This document shows positions 15,048-18,896 of a DNA stretch of 18,896 bases, one piece after another. The notes beneath the pieces were generated by a model. The model had not been told where the DNA came from. It saw nothing but the letters and a program-made list of their open reading frames with translations, and did no database searches. This DNA comes from Fibrobacteria bacterium (GTDB lineage: Bacteria > Fibrobacterota > Fibrobacteria > UBA11236). How positions within the stretch are numbered: position 1 is the first letter of the stretch; every line of letters starts with the position of its first letter. Location: positions 24,166 through 43,061 of the forward strand of contig JBJHDK010000013.1 of assembly GCA_050486505.1 (NCBI GenBank). Reading direction: 5' to 3'. Position numbers and translations under genes: made by a program.

Positions 15048-17327
15048 GTGCCACGCCTCACCTTACAGGAACAGCAGGAGGTCATCCGCTTCATTGAGGC
15101 GGATAAGCCCCTGCCCGACAAGTACCGGTTCCTGCTGTTCGGGGACAAGCGGGAAGTCGAGCTGGTCTGGAACGGCAAGACCGCCGACGTGTGCAACGTG
15201 GTGCTCCCCTTTCAAACCATCGAGCAAGTGGACGAGCCCCGGGCCGAGAAGCCCGAGGATGTGAAGCTGGAACAGGATTTGTTCGACACCCGGGGACGTC
15301 AACTCGGGGGATGGACGAACAAGTTGATCTGGGGCGACAACAAGTTGATCCTGTCATCCCTGAAGAACGGCCCGCTGCGCGAGGAGATCGAAAAACAGGG
15401 CGGGATCAAGCTGGTCTATATCGACCCGCCCTTCGACGTCGGCGCGGACTTCTCGATGGATATTCCGATCGGTGAGTCCGGCGAGGAAACCCTGACCAAG
15501 AAGCCGAACATTCTCGAAGAGATTGCGTATCGAGATACGTGGGGAAAGGGTGCAGATTCATTCCTTGCGATGATTTACGAGCGATTATACCTCATCCGCG
15601 ACCTGTTGTCCGAAGATGGAAGCATTTATGTGCATATGGGTAAGAACGTCTCTCATCTTGTCCGCCTAGTCTGTGATGAAGCTTTCGGAATGCCCAGACA
15701 TATCAATGAAATAACGTGGAAACGCTCGCATGCTCATGGGGATACCGGCCAAGGAGCATTTCATTTCGGGCGTGTAACTGAATCGATCCTGCTTTACAGT
15801 AAATCGGAAAATCCAACATGGAATGCACAATACTCCGCGTACTCTGATGATGTCATCCTACGTGACTACAAGTACATAGATGAAAAATCGGGTGAAAAAT
15901 ACCGTTTAACGCCTGTCGACGGGCCGGGTGGGGCACGTAAGGGGAACCCTCATTATGAATTTATGGGCGTTAAAGGTTATTGGCGTTATTCGGAAGCTCG
16001 CATGAAAGAGTTATTCGAAGCAGGTGAAATCATCCTGTCTTCAACCGGAAAATCATTAAGCCGTAAACGCTTTCTAAAAGATGCCAAGGGGACACCGGTC
16101 ACCGATTTATGGGATGATGTCAACCGCATCAGCCCTACATCGTCCGAACGCCTTGGGTATGGAACACAGAAGCCAGAAATTCTACTAGAACGAATAATTA
16201 AAACGAGCAGTAATAAGGGCGACCTCGTCGCAGACTTTTTTTGCGGATCCGGGACGACTGCGGCGGTGGCGGAGAAGTTGGGCCGCAAGTGGATCGCCAC
16301 CGATTTGGGAAAGTTCGCTATCCACACAACCCGCAAGCGGATGATCGGAGTGCAGCGCGAGTTGAAGACAGCAGGCAAGGACTATCGCGCCTTCGAGATT
16401 CTCAATCTTGGCAAGTACGAGCGACAACACTACGTGGGCGTGAACCACGACTTGCGCGAGGAAGAAAAGCAGCAGCAGTTGGCTGCAAAGGAAGCAGCCT
16501 TTCTCGATCTTATCCTGCGCGCCTACAAGGCCGAAAAGACTACAGGCTTTGCCGCTTTCCACGGCAAGAAGGCTGGACGACTGGTGGCCGTGGGGCCGGT
16601 CAATCTTCCTGTCACCCGCTTGTTCATCGAAGAAATCATCGTCGAATGCCGAAAGAAGCGCATCACCAAGGTGGATGTGCTCGGCTTCGAGTTTGAAATG
16701 GGGCTCTTCCCCAACGTCCTCGACGAGGCCAAATCCAAGGGCATCGACATCGCGCCCAAGCAAATTCCCCGCGAAGTTTTTGACAAGCGCGCCGTGGAAA
16801 AGAACCAGGTCGTATTCCACGACGTGGCCTACATCGAGGTCAAACCCCACATCAAGAAAAACTCCGTGGCCGTGGAGCTGACCGACTTCTCCGTGTTCTA
16901 CTCGCAAGACTCCATCCGCAACGCCGAGGAGACGCTCAAGAACAAGGCCAGCAAGATCGTTGTGGAGAGCGGCCAGATCGTCAAGGTCAGCAAAGACGCC
17001 AAGGGAATCGTAAGCCGCGAAGTACTCACCCGCAACTGGACCGATTGGATCGACTACTGGGCCGTGGACTTCCACTTCGAGAGCAAGCGCGAAATCGTGC
17101 GCATCAAGAACGAAGAATCCGGTGCGTGGGAAGAACGCTGGACCGGTGACTTCATCTTCGAGAACGAGTGGCAGTCGTTCCGTACCCGCAAGGAGCGCAA
17201 GCTCGAACTCAAAAGCGTCTTCCACGAATGCGCCCCCGGCCGGAGAAAAGTCGCGGTCAAGGTCGTCGATATCTTCGGAAACGACACCATGACCCTCGTC
17301 GAGATCACCATCGACGGGAAGAAATGA
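15048..17327 (+). CDS. mod: Type III restriction-modification DNA methyltransferase (Mod, beta class) with long C-terminal extension
   Basis: VYIDPPF (motif IV) precedes the TRD and TQKPE..LERII / DFFCGSGTT (motif I). C-terminus VAVKVVDIFGND. Directly upstream of res. Confidence 0.93.
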   Translation: MPRLTLQEQQEVIRFIEADKPLPDKYRFLLFGDKREVELVWNGKTADVCNVVLPFQTIEQVDEPRAEKPEDVKLEQDLFDTRGRQLGGWTNKLIWGDNKLILSSLKNGPLREEIEKQGGIKLVYIDPPFDVGADFSMDIPIGESGEETLTKKPNILEEIAYRDTWGKGADSFLAMIYERLYLIRDLLSEDGSIYVHMGKNVSHLVRLVCDEAFGMPRHINEITWKRSHAHGDTGQGAFHFGRVTESILLYSKSENPTWNAQYSAYSDDVILRDYKYIDEKSGEKYRLTPVDGPGGARKGNPHYEFMGVKGYWRYSEARMKELFEAGEIILSSTGKSLSRKRFLKDAKGTPVTDLWDDVNRISPTSSERLGYGTQKPEILLERIIKTSSNKGDLVADFFCGSGTTAAVAEKLGRKWIATDLGKFAIHTTRKRMIGVQRELKTAGKDYRAFEILNLGKYERQHYVGVNHDLREEEKQQQLAAKEAAFLDLILRAYKAEKTTGFAAFHGKKAGRLVAVGPVNLPVTRLFIEEIIVECRKKRITKVDVLGFEFEMGLFPNVLDEAKSKGIDIAPKQIPREVFDKRAVEKNQVVFHDVAYIEVKPHIKKNSVAVELTDFSVFYSQDSIRNAEETLKNKASKIVVESGQIVKVSKDAKGIVSREVLTRNWTDWIDYWAVDFHFESKREIVRIKNEESGAWEERWTGDFIFENEWQSFRTRKERKLELKSVFHECAPGRRKVAVKVVDIFGNDTMTLVEITIDGKK

Positions 17328-17359
17328 CCCGGCCGAAAGCGCGACAGAAACGGTAACCG

Positions 17360-18896
17360 ATGGCCCTGCACCCCGGATTCCCCGCCTCTCCCCACGCCAT
17401 CCTCGATCCCGCGATCCGCTGGTTCCCCGCCGACGAGACCCTGCGGGAAACCTCCATGGAAAAGCTCATGCCGCCACTGGTCTCCCGGCTGCGCAAGCAC
17501 GTCCAGGAATGGCGCGACGGCGACTACAAGGGCGCATCTCCCACTAGCCAAAGTCTGTTGCGCTGGTGGTTTCAGATCCCGCACCTTCAGGAACGCGGCG
17601 GCGAGGCCGCGGAGTTCCAGTATTACTTCTCCCAGCGCGAAGCGCTCGAAACCATCATCTACCTGCATGACGTGGTCAACGTACGCGACAAGTACGACCT
17701 CATGCGCTTCGACGGATCGGGGGCCGTGTCGGCGCAGATGTTCGATGAGGAATGGCGCCGCTTCGTGGTCAAGATGGCCACCGGCGCGGGCAAGACCAAG
17801 GTTCTCAGCCTGGCCTTGACCTGGAGCTTCTTCCACAAGCTCTACGAACCCGAATCGGACCTCTCCCGCAACTTCCTCGTCATCGCCCCCAACATCATCG
17901 TGCTCGACCGCATCCGCAAGGACTTCGAGGGCCTACGCATCTTCTTCGAAGATCCCACCCTCCCCGAGGACGGTTTCGACGGTCGCAACTGGCGCGAAGA
18001 CTTTCAGCTCACGCTGCACATTCAGGACGAAGTGCGTGTCACCCGGCCCGAAGGCAACATATTTCTCACCAACATCCACCGGGTGTACAGCGGCGACGAC
18101 GTCCCCCCTTCTCCCGATGACGAAAATTCGATGGACTACTTCCTCGGGACACGCCCCACGGGAGCCACCAACGATTCCAAGGTCGACCTGGGCATGATCG
18201 TGCGTGACATCGACGAGCTGATGGTTCTCAACGACGAGGCGCATCACATCCATGACAAGAAACTCGCGTGGTTCAAATCCATCGAAGACATCCACAACCG
18301 CCTGAAACAAAAGGGGTCTGCCCTATCCCTGCAGATCGATGTCACCGCCACCCCCAAGCACGAGAACGGAGGCATCTTCGTTCAGACCGTGGCCGATTAC
18401 CCGCTGGTGGAGGCCATCTGGCAAAACGTGGTCAAGCATCCCGTGCTCCCCGATGCCCCCAGCCGGGCCAAGCTGCACGAACGGAACAGTTCCAGGTTCA
18501 CGGAACGCTACGCCGACTTCCTGAACCTCGGCGTGCTCGAATGGCGCAAGGCCTATGCGGAACACGAAAAGCTGGACAAGAAAGCCATCCTGTTCGTCAT
18601 GACGGACGACACCAAAAACTGCGATGACGTGGCGGACTACCTGCAGTCGAACTTCCCCGACCTCAAGGACGCGGTACTGGTCATTCATACCAACAAGAGC
18701 GGTGAGATTTCGGAAGCTACCAGCGGGAAGAATTTCGAAGAACTTCAAAAGTTGCGTGCCGAAGCCAACAACATCGACAGCCTGGAAAGTCCCTACAAGG
18801 CCGTGGTGTCGGTGATGATGCTGAAGGAGGGTTGGGACGTGCGCAATGTGACCACCATCGTGGGCCTGCGCGCCTACGCAGCCCAGAACAAGATCC
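17360..18896 (+). CDS. res: Type III restriction enzyme Res subunit (SF2 helicase), truncated by window end
   Basis: Open from ATG 17360 (MALHPGFPASP...): YYFSQREALET, KMATGAGKT (Walker A), NDEAHH (Walker B), TATP and SVMMLKEGWDVRNV. Absent from the ORF track because it has no stop in the window. Confidence 0.93.
   Translation, partial: MALHPGFPASPHAILDPAIRWFPADETLRETSMEKLMPPLVSRLRKHVQEWRDGDYKGASPTSQSLLRWWFQIPHLQERGGEAAEFQYYFSQREALETIIYLHDVVNVRDKYDLMRFDGSGAVSAQMFDEEWRRFVVKMATGAGKTKVLSLALTWSFFHKLYEPESDLSRNFLVIAPNIIVLDRIRKDFEGLRIFFEDPTLPEDGFDGRNWREDFQLTLHIQDEVRVTRPEGNIFLTNIHRVYSGDDVPPSPDDENSMDYFLGTRPTGATNDSKVDLGMIVRDIDELMVLNDEAHHIHDKKLAWFKSIEDIHNRLKQKGSALSLQIDVTATPKHENGGIFVQTVADYPLVEAIWQNVVKHPVLPDAPSRAKLHERNSSRFTERYADFLNLGVLEWRKAYAEHEKLDKKAILFVMTDDTKNCDDVADYLQSNFPDLKDAVLVIHTNKSGEISEATSGKNFEELQKLRAEANNIDSLESPYKAVVSVMMLKEGWDVRNVTTIVGLRAYAAQNKI

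Noticed and set aside
705..17225. Many long alternative-frame and antisense ORFs (e.g. 705-1844 +, 6288-8300 -, 10351-11910 -, 10461-12278 +, 16185-17225 -)
   Set aside because: They overlap well-supported genes, have Arg/Ala/Pro-rich or antisense-shadow composition, and show no motifs. This is expected in high-GC DNA.
15048..17327. Phase-variable mod (phasevarion)
   Set aside because: No simple-sequence repeat tract in the gene or its promoter. Only a T7 run within the DFFC codons, and the frame is intact.
13670..18896. Prophage or integrative element explaining the island
   Set aside because: No integrase, transposase, tRNA or att-like direct repeat visible within the window.

Overview
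High-GC bacterial chromosomal window. The PorZ-like gene and the Shine-Dalgarno-poor starts suggest the FCB group, possibly Fibrobacterota (inference). Bases 1-13666 are mostly housekeeping and envelope genes: 3' end of a Na+/solute symporter, proB, an uncharacterised Trp-rich putative outer-membrane protein, rsmB, a divergent lpxK, a PorZ-like beta-propeller with a T9SS/FlgD-type C-terminal domain, a GT4 glycosyltransferase, an orphan thiS, valS and a NAPE-PLD/RomA-like metallo-beta-lactamase-fold hydrolase. From about 13670 to the end is a defence-type island. It holds a PIN/VapC gene followed by two translationally coupled, paralogous 59-aa ORFs that the ORF track misses, an XRE regulator, and a divergent type III R-M mod-res pair (res truncated by the window end). 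Notable non-coding signals: three GAGTT-core heptamer tracts (two inverted around a structured 90-bp spacer, one at the island edge), a GTAG-type REP doublet, two near-identical CRP-like palindromes, and paired operator-like palindromes between xre and mod. No CRISPR array, tRNA, rRNA, transposase or integrase was seen.
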